A stretch of DNA of 64,000 nt from an uncultured Methanobacteriaceae archaeon (GTDB taxonomy: Archaea; Methanobacteriota; Methanobacteria; Methanobacteriales; Methanobacteriaceae): NCBI GenBank assembly GCA_963704525.1, contig OY969914.1, positions 890,475-954,474 of the forward strand, written 5' to 3'. The position numbers were made by a program, and so were the translations under genes. Positions 1-10,700 of this stretch are shown one piece after another. Under the pieces are notes generated by a model that made no database searches, had not been told where the DNA came from, and worked only from the letters and a program-made list of their open reading frames with translations. The stretch's first letter is position 1. Each line of letters opens with the position of its first letter.

Positions 1-1208
1 TTGGTGTTCCAGTTGTTTACAACCCCAAATTTGTTACTGTAACTCGTTCCATCTGCTTTGTACCATACTCCATTAACATATACCAATGCAATAACATGCC
101 CATACCAAGTTCCACTTGAGAATTGTGCTGTAACATGCTCGTATTTAGCAGGCATTCCTGCAGCTCTTTCGAGTGCAACAACTAAATGGGCAGTATCGAC
201 ACAATTTGCTGTTTTTGAACTTAAAGTTCCAAGAGCGCCCTTCTGGGTGTTGTAATAGAATGAATAGGATATATTATCCCTTACCCAGTTGAATATTGCG
301 ACAGCCCTATCATAGGGACTGTTTATACCCTTTGTTATGGATGCTGCTAAATTTTTTATCGTTGTACTGTTTGACTGACAATTTTTCGTGGATTGTAGAT
401 AGATCTTTAGATCATCTGGAACCACCGTAGCCACATATCCACTGGAGGTTATGTTGTTAACTGTGGTCGAGGTTTTTGCAATTGTTTTCATCAATGGTAC
501 GACAGCAGCATAATTTGGTAATCTTTTGTTGGTCCCATAGAAACTTACTATTTTTGAATACATAAAAATAGCTGATTCGTAACGGATCTTTCCAAAGGTA
601 CTGGAAATTGTTGAAGGAACAGTTTTGTATTTGTTAATATAATTGTATACCGAACTTGCTTGAGTTAAATAACGAGCTTTTGTTACATTACCGGTAGATA
701 CTGTTTCAGTATAGTTAACTGAAGGGGACTTTATTGTTATTATTTTAGAACTAGTTTTTGAACCACTTTTAATCTTTAATATTGCAATCGAAAGATAGTA
801 CAACATTTGAGGCATGGTGATTTTCACGCCAGAAATTGTTACATAGTTTGGTAACTTTTTATTGGTGTTGATAAAATTTTTCACAGTGGTCGATGCACTT
901 ATGATACTGCTTAAACTGAGAGATGTGGTCGTGGTAGAAACAGTTTTTACTGTACCTGCTGCTGCATAGTTTGTTGTTGAAGAGTTATTTACTGTTGAAA
1001 CCTGTTTTGTTGTAGTCACTGTTTTATTTACTGTTTTTGTAGTGTTTTGGACAGAGTTATCAGACAAAGATTGGTTAATATTCTGATCTGTATTACTTTG
1101 ATTCGTTGCTGCAGCTGAAATTGCGCCAACATTCAATGGCATTGCAATTGTCAAAAGCAGTAACAAAATAGATATCGATTTTCTATTAATTATACCGCCT
1201 CCGGTCAT
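1..1208 (-). CDS. Secreted pseudomurein-binding-repeat protein with C-terminal transglutaminase-like (PeiW/PeiP-type) Cys-protease domain; 3' end runs off the window
   Basis: Manual translation, absent from ORF track because it has no stop in the window. ATG at 1208, signal peptide (RKSISILLLLLTIAMPLNVGAISAA), Thr/Ser/Asn-rich linker, repeats of type YINTNKKLPNYVTISG / YINKYKTVPS, then ANCVDTAH...WYGHV...WYKADGTS (Cys-His-Asp triad). Confidence 0.8.
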   Translation of the reverse strand, partial: MTGGGIINRKSISILLLLLTIAMPLNVGAISAAATNQSNTDQNINQSLSDNSVQNTTKTVNKTVTTTKQVSTVNNSSTTNYAAAGTVKTVSTTTTSLSLSSIISASTTVKNFINTNKKLPNYVTISGVKITMPQMLYYLSIAILKIKSGSKTSSKIITIKSPSVNYTETVSTGNVTKARYLTQASSVYNYINKYKTVPSTISSTFGKIRYESAIFMYSKIVSFYGTNKRLPNYAAVVPLMKTIAKTSTTVNNITSSGYVATVVPDDLKIYLQSTKNCQSNSTTIKNLAASITKGINSPYDRAVAIFNWVRDNISYSFYYNTQKGALGTLSSKTANCVDTAHLVVALERAAGMPAKYEHVTAQFSSGTWYGHVIALVYVNGVWYKADGTSYSNKFGVVNNWNT

Positions 1209-1869
1209 AAATCCAAGATAATTTGTGGGATAATATGATCTAACTCCATGTAACTTCAAAATGATATATAAAGATTACTATTTAAAATTCTTAAAAAAAC
1301 GCATATTAAGGAGTTTTAAGCCAAATAACGCCCCATAAATGATTATAATAATCTTATAATTAAAAAAGGTAAATAGAAGTTATTTTACCCAAATAATTCC
1401 TTAATAAATCTAGATTAAAAAAAAGAAACCCAATTATTCTTATTCTATTAAGTTGAGCTTTAAGTAGATGTCATAAAACGTTAAAATCCATCTTTAATCC
1501 AAAAAAACCTTTATATATCAATTGATTGAATAAAAAAAATAATAGAACGCCCCATAAACACGCTAAAGGTGGAAAATATGGGTATCCGTTTATAATGGAA
1601 AAAAAGGTTGTGAGAATAATTTTTACACTTAAAATGGAACAAAAATTAATAAGGGATATTCTAAAATTCTATAAACATGTATTGACTTCGAAGATATAAA
1701 ATAAAACGGAATATTTTATTTTTGAGGTATCTAAAAATTTTTAGGAAATCGAGAAAAAAAATATTTAAAATGAAATTATATCATCAATAGAAATTAATAA
1801 ACTGTTAAAATTAATGAAAATAAAGTGTAGATGAATCAATTTATTTTTCAATCCATCCATATAATATTT

Positions 1870-2364
1870 TTATGCTTTATGACTATTTTTAAGCATGTGT
1901 TTGAGTTCTTGTATGATGGTGGCATTGTCCTGGAATTCCAAGGTATTTTGACACTCTGGACATACGAAATTATTTTCAGATGCCTCATCGAACATGTATC
2001 TGTGGCCATTAGATTTGCATACAAAGAACATGTTACCCTCTTCATATTCTAATGATTTTTCTATGTCCTCAGAGTACTTTTCGAACTTTTTAGAGATGAT
2101 CTCGGATATTTTTTCCTGGTCAAATTTCCAGCTGTAAATATACCAGTTGGTTTCTGGATCTCTGCTGCGTTTGTAATTTGCCACTCCTGCATCATGGAGT
2201 TTGTACAATATTTTTCTGACGGTGTTCAATCGAATTTCAGTTTCCTCTGCAATTTCCTCATCGAATGTTTTTCCATTAATTATACATTCAATAATAGGTA
2301 CACTGCTCTCTCCATCGCTGGTGATATCCATTAAAATTTCCTTAACTAAAGGATCGCTTAACAT
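1870..2364 (-). CDS. tfe: Transcription factor E (archaeal TFIIE-alpha homolog)
   Basis: Winged-helix segment [22 protein letters not shown], motif [15 protein letters not shown]-terminal zinc ribbon (C..H...CPEC); GAGGAGG RBS upstream. Confidence 0.9.
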   Translation of the reverse strand: MLSDPLVKEILMDITSDGESSVPIIECIINGKTFDEEIAEETEIRLNTVRKILYKLHDAGVANYKRSRDPETNWYIYSWKFDQEKISEIISKKFEKYSEDIEKSLEYEEGNMFFVCKSNGHRYMFDEASENNFVCPECQNTLEFQDNATIIQELKHMLKNSHKA

Positions 2365-2837
2365 TTAACATTCCTCCTCTTTTCCATGAAAAAATATGAA
2401 GACTTTGATCCCTTCATTTTTTTTTATTGGACAATGTTTTAAGTGGTTATAATGAATTTCTGAAAGGATTAATTTAATGATTTAATTTAAGTTTAAACGG
2501 AAATTAATGCTTTGAATTAAATTTAAAATGTTTTAAATTAAACTCATTCAACTTAATCTTAGATAAATCATTAAATAATATATTGTGTTGAATATATTTT
2601 GAAAAAAAAGAACAACAACACAATTGATATACTTATATATTATAAGTTAAAGTATATAAGCTTTGTGCATTATATCAATATGAGATTTTTTTTTATCAAT
2701 ATCTATATTATGGTCCAGTATTAATTAAATTTTTTGGGAAACTTTACATTAAATAAAAAATCAATGAACATAAGAGAGATTTAAAAATAGCATTCAAATT
2801 CTCAAGAAGTTTTTTGTTATCATTCATGGTGAAATAA

Positions 2838-3998
2838 ATGAAGAAAAATTTAATCATTCCATTAATTTTAATCTTAATTCCATTCCTGGTACTGGGTGAA
2901 GCTTCAGCAGCTGGAATCAACACCACTTCCAGCACCATATCTGCAAAATCTGATTTGATCATATATGATTTAACAGTACATGGTACTGGTGTCAGGGGTT
3001 CTAATATTGTAGTTAACAACACCATTAGTAACATAGGCAAATCAAAAAGCGGTGGTTTTTGGGTCAAATATTACTTAAAAGCTAATTTAACTTCTAAGAA
3101 TTATTTAGTAGGTCAAAGGTATATTGACGGACTTAATGCCGGAACATCAAACATTCAGAGTACATTGATTTACATTCCCACATCAATGCCCCTGGGTAAT
3201 TATTTGCTCTTGGCATCTGCCGATGCAACAAAAAATGTTACAGAATCTAATGAAACTAACAACAATGGTTACGCAACCCATATAAAAATTTTGGGACCTA
3301 CATACATATTATTTGATAAAAATGTTGGTGGAGATGTAACAAAAAATAGTGAGATCAACCGTTACATTCCTAAGACAACCTTCGCAAAGACAATTTTCAG
3401 GCTACTAAAATCAGGATCACTGATACTTAAATTTGGAGATGGAAATGGACCGAAGGTTATGATATCTGCAGGAATACATGGAAATGAAACTGAAGCAAAC
3501 ATAGCCATAATGAAATATTTAGAGTTTATTAAAGACAAAACAATCCATGGAACTCTTTATGTGATACCATTCGATATTCCAATTGATACAGCCCAGAATA
3601 CTAGATTTTACAAGGGTCAAGATCCAAATAGAATAGCTAACATACCAGGTACTCCTGGCTGGAATATTGTCCATTTTGCACACATCAATAATATAAATTA
3701 CCTGTTGGATGTGCACTCTGGAGGAGAAGTATCATCTAAAGGCCTTTTAAATGTTAACAATGGAACTTCCAAATCCCCTGAAGTAAAATGGGCCCATTAT
3801 ATAACCTCAGTTTCTGGATGCGTTAGTAGGATCCAACCATTAGAAACAGGTATGTTGAGGGCTCAAGCATTTAAATATCATATAAATACCATTACCCTGG
3901 AAGTTGAAAGGGATACAATCCCCACCCTGATAGCTGCCAATACAGAATTTAAGATGATAAGAGCTGCAATGAAATTTTTCAATTTTCCAGTACCATGA
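2838..3998 (+). CDS. Secreted CARDB-domain protein with C-terminal M14-type (succinylglutamate desuccinylase/aspartoacylase-like) zinc peptidase domain
   Basis: Signal peptide; CARDB-like segment ending VTESNETNNN; M14 motifs SAGIHGNE, LDVHSG and TLEV. Confidence 0.75.
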   Translation: MKKNLIIPLILILIPFLVLGEASAAGINTTSSTISAKSDLIIYDLTVHGTGVRGSNIVVNNTISNIGKSKSGGFWVKYYLKANLTSKNYLVGQRYIDGLNAGTSNIQSTLIYIPTSMPLGNYLLLASADATKNVTESNETNNNGYATHIKILGPTYILFDKNVGGDVTKNSEINRYIPKTTFAKTIFRLLKSGSLILKFGDGNGPKVMISAGIHGNETEANIAIMKYLEFIKDKTIHGTLYVIPFDIPIDTAQNTRFYKGQDPNRIANIPGTPGWNIVHFAHINNINYLLDVHSGGEVSSKGLLNVNNGTSKSPEVKWAHYITSVSGCVSRIQPLETGMLRAQAFKYHINTITLEVERDTIPTLIAANTEFKMIRAAMKFFNFPVP

Positions 3999-4125
3999 TT
4001 TAAAAAAAATTGAAATCTTTTTTTTTGGAGATAAATATGGTTATCTAATTATAATTAATTTAGATTTAACAATAAAAAAATGGTTGGATAATGTTTAAAT
4101 AAAAATGTTAATGTTATTTTTAATT

Positions 4126-4752
4126 TTAAAGTTCAATCCCACATTCTTCAAATATTTCCATCGTGATGGTGTCCATTTCTTCTGAATCCATGCGTTTTTT
4201 GGTCCAGAATTTCCACCTTGATGGTGGGTTTTCATGCTCGATAATGTGAAGTGCCTCATGGATAACGTCTAAAAATATGTTATTATCGTCTAAAAATCCA
4301 TTAGAAATATTTTCATGCCTATTTTTTCTTAGAAGAATTAGATAATCCTCTTTAATATTGCTGGTTATCAGGTTGTACATAAATGAAACATCTTTACTTG
4401 TGCCTTCATTAGCGTTTAAAATCTCTATTGCATCATATACAGGTTCAACAGTGTTGTATACCTTGTCGATATGTATCAACGAAGCAGAAATATCTTCTTC
4501 ACTCTGATAAAAAAATTCTCCATATTCCTTGGTTACCATATCAAGGTATCTGGCCTTGTAACTGTTAAATCCAAATTCCTTCTCATGTGCTATAATATAA
4601 TAGAAGCTTCGAATTATATCACATTCGTAGTTAAAAACATCAAATTCCTCTTCTGAAAGTAACATTATTTTGTAGTTCGGTGTTTTAACTTGAAACTTAT
4701 TCAGTACATACTCTATTATATCGCTGTATAATCCCAGATATGGATCTTCCAT
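4126..4752 (-). CDS. Hypothetical protein with HExxH motif (possible zinc metalloprotease fold)
   Basis: ORF extends to 4785, but GGGAGGG RBS favours ATG at 4752; contains VIHEALHIIE. Confidence 0.55.
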   Translation of the reverse strand: MEDPYLGLYSDIIEYVLNKFQVKTPNYKIMLLSEEEFDVFNYECDIIRSFYYIIAHEKEFGFNSYKARYLDMVTKEYGEFFYQSEEDISASLIHIDKVYNTVEPVYDAIEILNANEGTSKDVSFMYNLITSNIKEDYLILLRKNRHENISNGFLDDNNIFLDVIHEALHIIEHENPPSRWKFWTKKRMDSEEMDTITMEIFEECGIEL

Positions 4753-4872
4753 CAATATCCCTCCCTGAAAATTTTGGGGATCCAATAATAATTGTTTTGT
4801 TTATTCTAACAAAAAAAAGTAACTCCTAAAAAAAAATAATAAATTTAGAAAAAAAGGAGTAAAATTTTGGTT

Positions 4873-6708
4873 TCAGAAAGCATCACCGCCACCGCCTCCA
4901 CCAAATCCTCCCCCAATATCTCCAACACCTCCGAAATCTCCGCCATTTGTGGAAGATGCCGATGCTGTAGTCATTCCTGTATCAAATGCAGAGTTTAATA
5001 GCATATATCCACCATAGTAATGGAACATGTAAAGATCACTTCCGTCAAGCTCAGCTGGTGGTACGTTGAGTTCCATGGCCTTACGAACTGCATCAGCAGC
5101 TCCAAGTGCAGTTGCATAAACCAAATATTTGTTCCAGATAACTATGGATTCTGGAGGATATTCTTTCATTAAACTGAAGTCTTGGATATATTTCTTAAAG
5201 TTATGCCATTTTGCATCGTATTCTTCACCATAGGTTGTCCATTGACCACCAATTTTCTGGGGTAGAATAAGTGAAATTATTGCAACTACTCCTAGAACTA
5301 CTGACATGACAGTTGCTATGCTTGCTGCAGGTATTGAATCTGCCATGCTTAAAAAGAACACAAAAGCTGCTGCAATCAACGCTATCCCTCCGAATGCTTT
5401 GAGGTAAGAATCTCCCCTCTTATTGAAGAACTTGTTTAGTTCGGTGTCATTTAAAAACGTGGTTTTTATATTATCTTTCCAGTTTAGGTAGGTATTTCTG
5501 AATGATTTCGCAGTTTCACGAACGCTCAAATTATCTGAAATTGCATCTAATGATATTAACCCAGCATCATTTTCAAATTCTGTTAAGAAATTGATTATAT
5601 CTTTTTCAAAATTTTTGAGTCCAGATGGATGCTTTTTAGGTACGTATCTAAGGTACATTGAACCCACAAGCCCATAACCTTCTTTATCCTTCTCTTCAAG
5701 CGGTTCATTTTCCATTATCAAATATTTTCTGTTTATCAGATCCATTATGGTTGCCTTGAAACCGTCCATATCTGGTTCTCCTATTTTCTTGGAAAACCCA
5801 GGTCCACATATTGCATTTACCATTGCAGGTGGATCATCGGTGGGAATATCCCTTTCATACTCTGCCTGATAATCTATCTTAGGTTCCCTACCAAATCTGA
5901 AGTAAATTATTAGCGGTACAAACAATGCTAAAAATAACAGTACTGAAACCATGTAGTAAATGTTGGTTCTGAAATTTAAGGAATTCAGGTAGTCGTTTTG
6001 TATTTGCTGCATTTGGGCAAGACCATCCTGATTGATGATAATTCCATGTGTAGGGCTCGCAACAAATTGGTCTTTAGGTATTGCCATCCTTATTTCATAG
6101 TACTTACCTTTTGGAACTGGATCACTTGTAACAGTTAGTGTATTTCCCTGCCAAACTGCACTTTTATTATAGTATGGTGGGTTTAACCAGTACTGAACAC
6201 CCTGATTGGAATTCAGATGTATGTTTGCAATTACCTGCCCTATATCAACCTGCCATTTATTTGGCACAAGCATATACTGTAACTCTGCTACATCGTTGAA
6301 AAATTTCATCACATTAAAAAGATCGTAGCTAATTGTAATTGTTACATCCCCACCATTGATCGGCTGGGTTTTCGCAGCATCTGAATAGAGGTAAACCTTT
6401 ATATCCTTTGTAGAATTCTGATCCAACACCTGAAATGTACTGTAAGCCCCATCTGTTGTTACATTAACATTAGTTAACTGTTGGGATCCATTCAGGGGTA
6501 TGTACCTGTTAATTCCATGGAAGGTTCCTTGGAAGTTGTAGTGAATCTTTTCAACCACGTGGATGGATCCATCACTCTGCACGTAAAGATCTTCATTTAT
6601 GAGAGGAATGGTGTAGCTGTTGTCACTGGCTGCAAAGGAAGCCCCACTTCCCGCCAAAATTGACAGTGAAAAAATGAGGAGTATAGAAAGATAAATTTTT
6701 TTATCCAT
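4873..6708 (-). CDS. DUF2207-family membrane protein
   Basis: Signal peptide, TM segments, W..F..Y..D...[12 protein letters not shown] motif and Gly-rich tail ([13 protein letters not shown]); directly downstream of lemA, the usual pairing. Confidence 0.85.
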   Translation of the reverse strand: MDKKIYLSILLIFSLSILAGSGASFAASDNSYTIPLINEDLYVQSDGSIHVVEKIHYNFQGTFHGINRYIPLNGSQQLTNVNVTTDGAYSTFQVLDQNSTKDIKVYLYSDAAKTQPINGGDVTITISYDLFNVMKFFNDVAELQYMLVPNKWQVDIGQVIANIHLNSNQGVQYWLNPPYYNKSAVWQGNTLTVTSDPVPKGKYYEIRMAIPKDQFVASPTHGIIINQDGLAQMQQIQNDYLNSLNFRTNIYYMVSVLLFLALFVPLIIYFRFGREPKIDYQAEYERDIPTDDPPAMVNAICGPGFSKKIGEPDMDGFKATIMDLINRKYLIMENEPLEEKDKEGYGLVGSMYLRYVPKKHPSGLKNFEKDIINFLTEFENDAGLISLDAISDNLSVRETAKSFRNTYLNWKDNIKTTFLNDTELNKFFNKRGDSYLKAFGGIALIAAAFVFFLSMADSIPAASIATVMSVVLGVVAIISLILPQKIGGQWTTYGEEYDAKWHNFKKYIQDFSLMKEYPPESIVIWNKYLVYATALGAADAVRKAMELNVPPAELDGSDLYMFHYYGGYMLLNSAFDTGMTTASASSTNGGDFGGVGDIGGGFGGGGGGDAF

Positions 6709-6716
6709 TCAATCAC

Positions 6717-7268
6717 CTAAAATTTAACTTCAGGAACTGCTCTTTCGCCTTCAGCTATTTCGAAAAAGTCTGCTTCGGTAAATTTAAAAAGAGAAGCTAA
6801 AATGTTACTTGGGAACATCTGAACCTTGTTGTTGTATCTTAGCACAGTGTCGTTGTAGAACTGTCTTGAGTAGGCAATTTTGTCCTCTGTTTCCGATAGC
6901 TGTGACTGAAGTTCTCTGAAGTTCTGACTGGCCTTGAGTTCCGGATAATTTTCAGCAACTGCAAAAAGGCTTTTTAAAGCCCCTGTTAATTGATTGTTAG
7001 CTTCAGCATTTTCTTTTACACCCGTTGCATTCATCAAACTTGATCTTGCCTTGGTCACATTTTCAAATACTGTTTTTTCATGTGTTGCATATCCCTTAAC
7101 AGTTTCAACTAGATTAGGAATAAGATCTGTTCTTCTCTTCAACTGCACGTCAATTTGTGACCATGCATTTTTTACCCTGTTTCTGAGGTTTATCAAACTG
7201 TTGTATAGCCAAATAATGGCTACAACAACTATAACTAATATAAGTACGATTATAATTTCGATTATCAT
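6717..7268 (-). CDS. lemA: LemA family protein
   Basis: N-terminal TM helix, then [44 protein letters not shown] and RQFYNDTV. Confidence 0.92.
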   Translation of the reverse strand: MIIEIIIVLILVIVVVAIIWLYNSLINLRNRVKNAWSQIDVQLKRRTDLIPNLVETVKGYATHEKTVFENVTKARSSLMNATGVKENAEANNQLTGALKSLFAVAENYPELKASQNFRELQSQLSETEDKIAYSRQFYNDTVLRYNNKVQMFPSNILASLFKFTEADFFEIAEGERAVPEVKF

Positions 7269-7879
7269 TTTATCATCCCAAATTTACTATGAAGTCTCAT
7301 TATATGTAATTATTGATCAGTAAAAATATATTATTATAAATCTTGATAAACCCATCAGATATAATTTAAGATCAAATAATTTGAGGCCTGAATCAATTTA
7401 AAGAATAAAACGTGTTTATATATCGTTATATTAGGTTCTTTGTGAGTAAATTGAATTTTGATGTGAGAGTAATTCAATAATCGGTAGAAAATTTGTTGAT
7501 TAATTTGTCTACTGTAGAATAAATTATTGCAATATTTATTTAAAATCAAAAAAATTGAAAAAAGAGTTTAATATCCAATTTTAGCTATTTCAGCCATTGA
7601 ATTATTAATTAGCCCTAAATAATCAATTTGTTGTTCTACCGCAACCACAAATGCTGTGTAAAACGGTCCAAATCTTGGTGAATTGTTTCTTAGATGATTT
7701 TGATACTTGTATGTATATTCAAACATTTATTATTGCCCCATTATATGTTTTACATTTTTAGAGTCTATTAAAAGTGAAAAAATATTGAATTAGATTTTAG
7801 TTAATCTTTGTTACTATAAGATTGTGTTTTATGGGATATAAAGTTTTTCATCAAAAATTAAACAACAATTTTATCAAAA

Positions 7880-8410
7880 TCATTTATAATGAAAAATTTC
7901 ACCATCCTCAGCAATGTTATGTTTGGCAGATAAAACATTGGGAGTTATTCTGTAGACCGACGTTGCATTTCCATCCAGTGAAGAACGGTAGTTCTCCATC
8001 ATCTTAGCAGTTAATTTTTTTTGGTAGAATCCTGGAGTGTATTTTTCAACAAGTCTATTGAGTATGTTTGCTGCTTCTTCAAAATCAACAATCTTTTGAA
8101 CCTTTCCAAATAACATGACACTCATGTACGAAGTATCTGCATGACATGGCATAGGGTCTACTACTGTACCATATTCTTCGTATACTGTGAAGCATACCTC
8201 GGGTTCATTTGAAAGTATGATTTCCTTTTTTCCAGAACCTGCACCATGAAAAAATATTGAACCATCACACCATACGAAGTTCAGGGGTAAAGCATAGGGA
8301 GTGTTATCATCGTTCATTCCCAATATCCCCACCCTTGTACAACTTAAAAAATCGTCTATTTTTTGTTTATCCGTGCATTCTCTCTGTACATATCTAATCT
8401 TATTCATCAA
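7880..8410 (-). CDS. Pyridoxamine-5'-phosphate-oxidase-like flavin-binding protein, probable Anf3 homolog
   Basis: Split-barrel motifs PYALPLNF and IFFHGAGSGKK, plus PCHADTSYMSV. Last gene of the anf run, overlapping the stop of the upstream gene. The Anf3 assignment rests on family plus position. Confidence 0.7.
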   Translation of the reverse strand: MMNKIRYVQRECTDKQKIDDFLSCTRVGILGMNDDNTPYALPLNFVWCDGSIFFHGAGSGKKEIILSNEPEVCFTVYEEYGTVVDPMPCHADTSYMSVMLFGKVQKIVDFEEAANILNRLVEKYTPGFYQKKLTAKMMENYRSSLDGNATSVYRITPNVLSAKHNIAEDGEIFHYK

Positions 8411-9116
8411 AGCATCTCCTATCCTCTAATTTTTTTAGCTTTGTGAGGAAAATATTCATCCACTCATTGGCTTGTTTATTATATTCATAATTTAGAAGTT
8501 CATTTTTAGATTGAACATATGGACCCGGTAACATTTCATCTCCACACTTATCCACAAGGTCGCTGATAATTTTAGGGGTGATTTCTAAATGAAACTGAAA
8601 TCCAAACACCCTTTTATTGTATACAAATGCCTGATGACTGCAGGCATCATTTTCTGCCATACAAACTGCATTTTTAGGTAATTTACTGAATGTGTCCCCA
8701 TGCCAATGAAAAACGTTAGTATACTCTGGAAAAAAAGAATAAGTTTCGTAAGATCTTGATTCATCTGTGAAACGTACAGGAAACCATCCAATTTCTAGAT
8801 GAGGATTCTTTGTAACCTTTCCCCCTATCACATCTGCAATTAACTGACCTCCCAAACAAAAACCAATTATCAGCTTTCCAGCCTCAATAGCATTATGAAT
8901 AAATGATTTTTCCTTGGCAAGCCATGGATAATTTTTTTCATCGTAGATATTCATTGGCCCGCCCATGATCACCAGCCAGTCATAATCGTTATGGCTTGGA
9001 AGATCCTCATCGTTAAATAAGAGTGTCTTTGTCACCTTGAAATCCTGCATCGCAGCCCAAGTCAGTATACTGCCTGGATTTTCGAAAGGAACATGCTGTA
9101 AGTAGTGAAGTCTCAT
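8400..9116 (-). CDS. Class I glutamine amidotransferase-like protein (anf-associated, possibly AnfR-like)
   Basis: HYLQHVPFENPG start, GGPMN, nucleophile elbow GFCLGGQL, HWHGDTF, QFHLE (Cys-His-Glu triad); follows anfK. Confidence 0.8.
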   Translation of the reverse strand: MRLHYLQHVPFENPGSILTWAAMQDFKVTKTLLFNDEDLPSHNDYDWLVIMGGPMNIYDEKNYPWLAKEKSFIHNAIEAGKLIIGFCLGGQLIADVIGGKVTKNPHLEIGWFPVRFTDESRSYETYSFFPEYTNVFHWHGDTFSKLPKNAVCMAENDACSHQAFVYNKRVFGFQFHLEITPKIISDLVDKCGDEMLPGPYVQSKNELLNYEYNKQANEWMNIFLTKLKKLEDRRCFDE

Positions 9117-9230
9117 AATTATTTTAACTCCTTAATTTATTTGGAAATTGAAATTTAATAAATTTTAATCTATTATTTTATTTGTGTTATAGGATTTTTA
9201 TTTGTATCATAGTATAGTTAAAAATTTTGA

Positions 9231-9270
9231 GAAAATAGGGGCCTTAATAATTTAAGACCCTCCTATTTTC
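9231..9270. terminator. Stem-loop immediately after the anfK stop (terminator, attenuator or mRNA-stabilising hairpin)
   Basis: GAAAATAGG (9231-9239) pairs with CCTATTTTC (9262-9270); inner GGG/CCC and CTTAA/TTAAG arms. Confidence 0.55.
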
Positions 9271-9296
9271 CAGTTTATTTAAGATCGTCAATGATG

Positions 9297-10685
9297 TTAC
9301 CATACATTAAGGATCCATTCCTTATTCTTTTTATATTCCATGTCTGTAAACAGTACATTTGCCATTTCTTCTGCAAGCCAGATTGCACCTGCATATCCCA
9401 CAACAGGGTGTCTGTAATATCCTGCACGATCATAAACAGGAAAGCCCACACGTAGCAATGGTATGTCATTATCTATGGCTATGAAACGACCTTTTGAATG
9501 ACCAATTATAAGGTCGATTTCTACTTCTTTATTTTTTATCCTGCTTTCAAGATCCCATAGATCTGCATTTTGGATTATCTCCATATCGTATTCAATTTTC
9601 TCCTGAAATTCAATTATTCTAGGATCTTCAGAATATTTTGTAGTATCATCACCCAAAAGAAGTAAAACAGGTTTCATTTCAAGATCCAGACAAAATTCTG
9701 CCAATCCTATGACTAGATCAGGATTTCCATAGATCGCAACCTTCTTGTCTGCAAAGAACATGTGAACAAGATCTGTGAGTGCATCGATGGCTATGCCCCG
9801 TTCACGTACAAGTGATTCTGGTATTGGTTTGCCTGTCATTCTCCTTATATTATTTAAAAATGAGTCTGTGTTACGGATACCTATGGGTGTGGGCCCAATT
9901 ATTGAAGGAACCTCAAACTCTCTTTCAAGAAATTCTGCTGCCATTTTGCCCTCGTATCTATTGAGTACAATCGTCCCAATCGCATCTCCTGTGGATTCTA
10001 GATCCTTTATTGTGGTGCCACCGTAAGAAACAGCATCTCCCTTAGGCATCAGGGGAGAATCAAAACTTTCTGTTTCAAACAGCACAGTAGCATCCACGTC
10101 CATCTCTGATAGAAGATGTTTAAGTGCTGTTACATCCCCAGGATTAACCCATCCAGTTATAAGATTGATTTTCCCGTTTGGTTCTAATTTTTTAGCAAAT
10201 TCCTTTACAAAATCCTTTACTGCAATATCATAACCACTCACCATGCTTCCTTTAAAACTTGGAGTGCTAATTGAAATTAGGTGAACTTCACGATCTGCAT
10301 ATTTCTCCTTTAAGAGTCCGTTTTTGAGTTTTCTAATAACTCCTTCCACATCGTCTCCAATTATCTCAGTTGAGCAGGTTGAAATAATAGGAACAACTTT
10401 TACTTCAGGATATCTCATTAAAAGTACATCAACAGCCTCTTCAATACGGTGAGTTGCACCAAGTACAGCTGTATCTTCGTGTAAGGAAGACGATGCTAGG
10501 AGGAAATTTTCCTTAAAGTGCTGTGCAAATAACAGGCGTACAAACATGACACAACCTTGTCCTCCATGGACTATTCCAATACAATCTTCCACCCCTATAC
10601 TGACATACTGAGCTCCTGCAGGCTGGCAGGTAAATATTGGGTTGATGATACCGGATCTTTCTTTCTTTTTCAGTTCGCACGATAT
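9297..10685 (-). CDS. anfK: Fe-only nitrogenase beta subunit
   Basis: Frame extends upstream of the tracked GTG (10592) through (I)SCELKKKERSGIINPIFTCQPAGAQYVSIG to ATA at 10685 (462 codons plus stop). P-cluster Cys in FTCQPAG, HGGQGC and ISTC; ends WILNVW as in AnfK. Confidence 0.92.
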   Translation of the reverse strand: MSCELKKKERSGIINPIFTCQPAGAQYVSIGVEDCIGIVHGGQGCVMFVRLLFAQHFKENFLLASSSLHEDTAVLGATHRIEEAVDVLLMRYPEVKVVPIISTCSTEIIGDDVEGVIRKLKNGLLKEKYADREVHLISISTPSFKGSMVSGYDIAVKDFVKEFAKKLEPNGKINLITGWVNPGDVTALKHLLSEMDVDATVLFETESFDSPLMPKGDAVSYGGTTIKDLESTGDAIGTIVLNRYEGKMAAEFLEREFEVPSIIGPTPIGIRNTDSFLNNIRRMTGKPIPESLVRERGIAIDALTDLVHMFFADKKVAIYGNPDLVIGLAEFCLDLEMKPVLLLLGDDTTKYSEDPRIIEFQEKIEYDMEIIQNADLWDLESRIKNKEVEIDLIIGHSKGRFIAIDNDIPLLRVGFPVYDRAGYYRHPVVGYAGAIWLAEEMANVLFTDMEYKKNKEWILNVW

Positions 10686-10700
10686 AATAATTCCCCCTTT

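Noticed and set aside
7411-7435. ModE-like half site (CGTTATAT) downstream of the anf cluster
   Set aside because: No matching second half. It overlaps a plausible TATA box for lemA and is far from the anf promoter.
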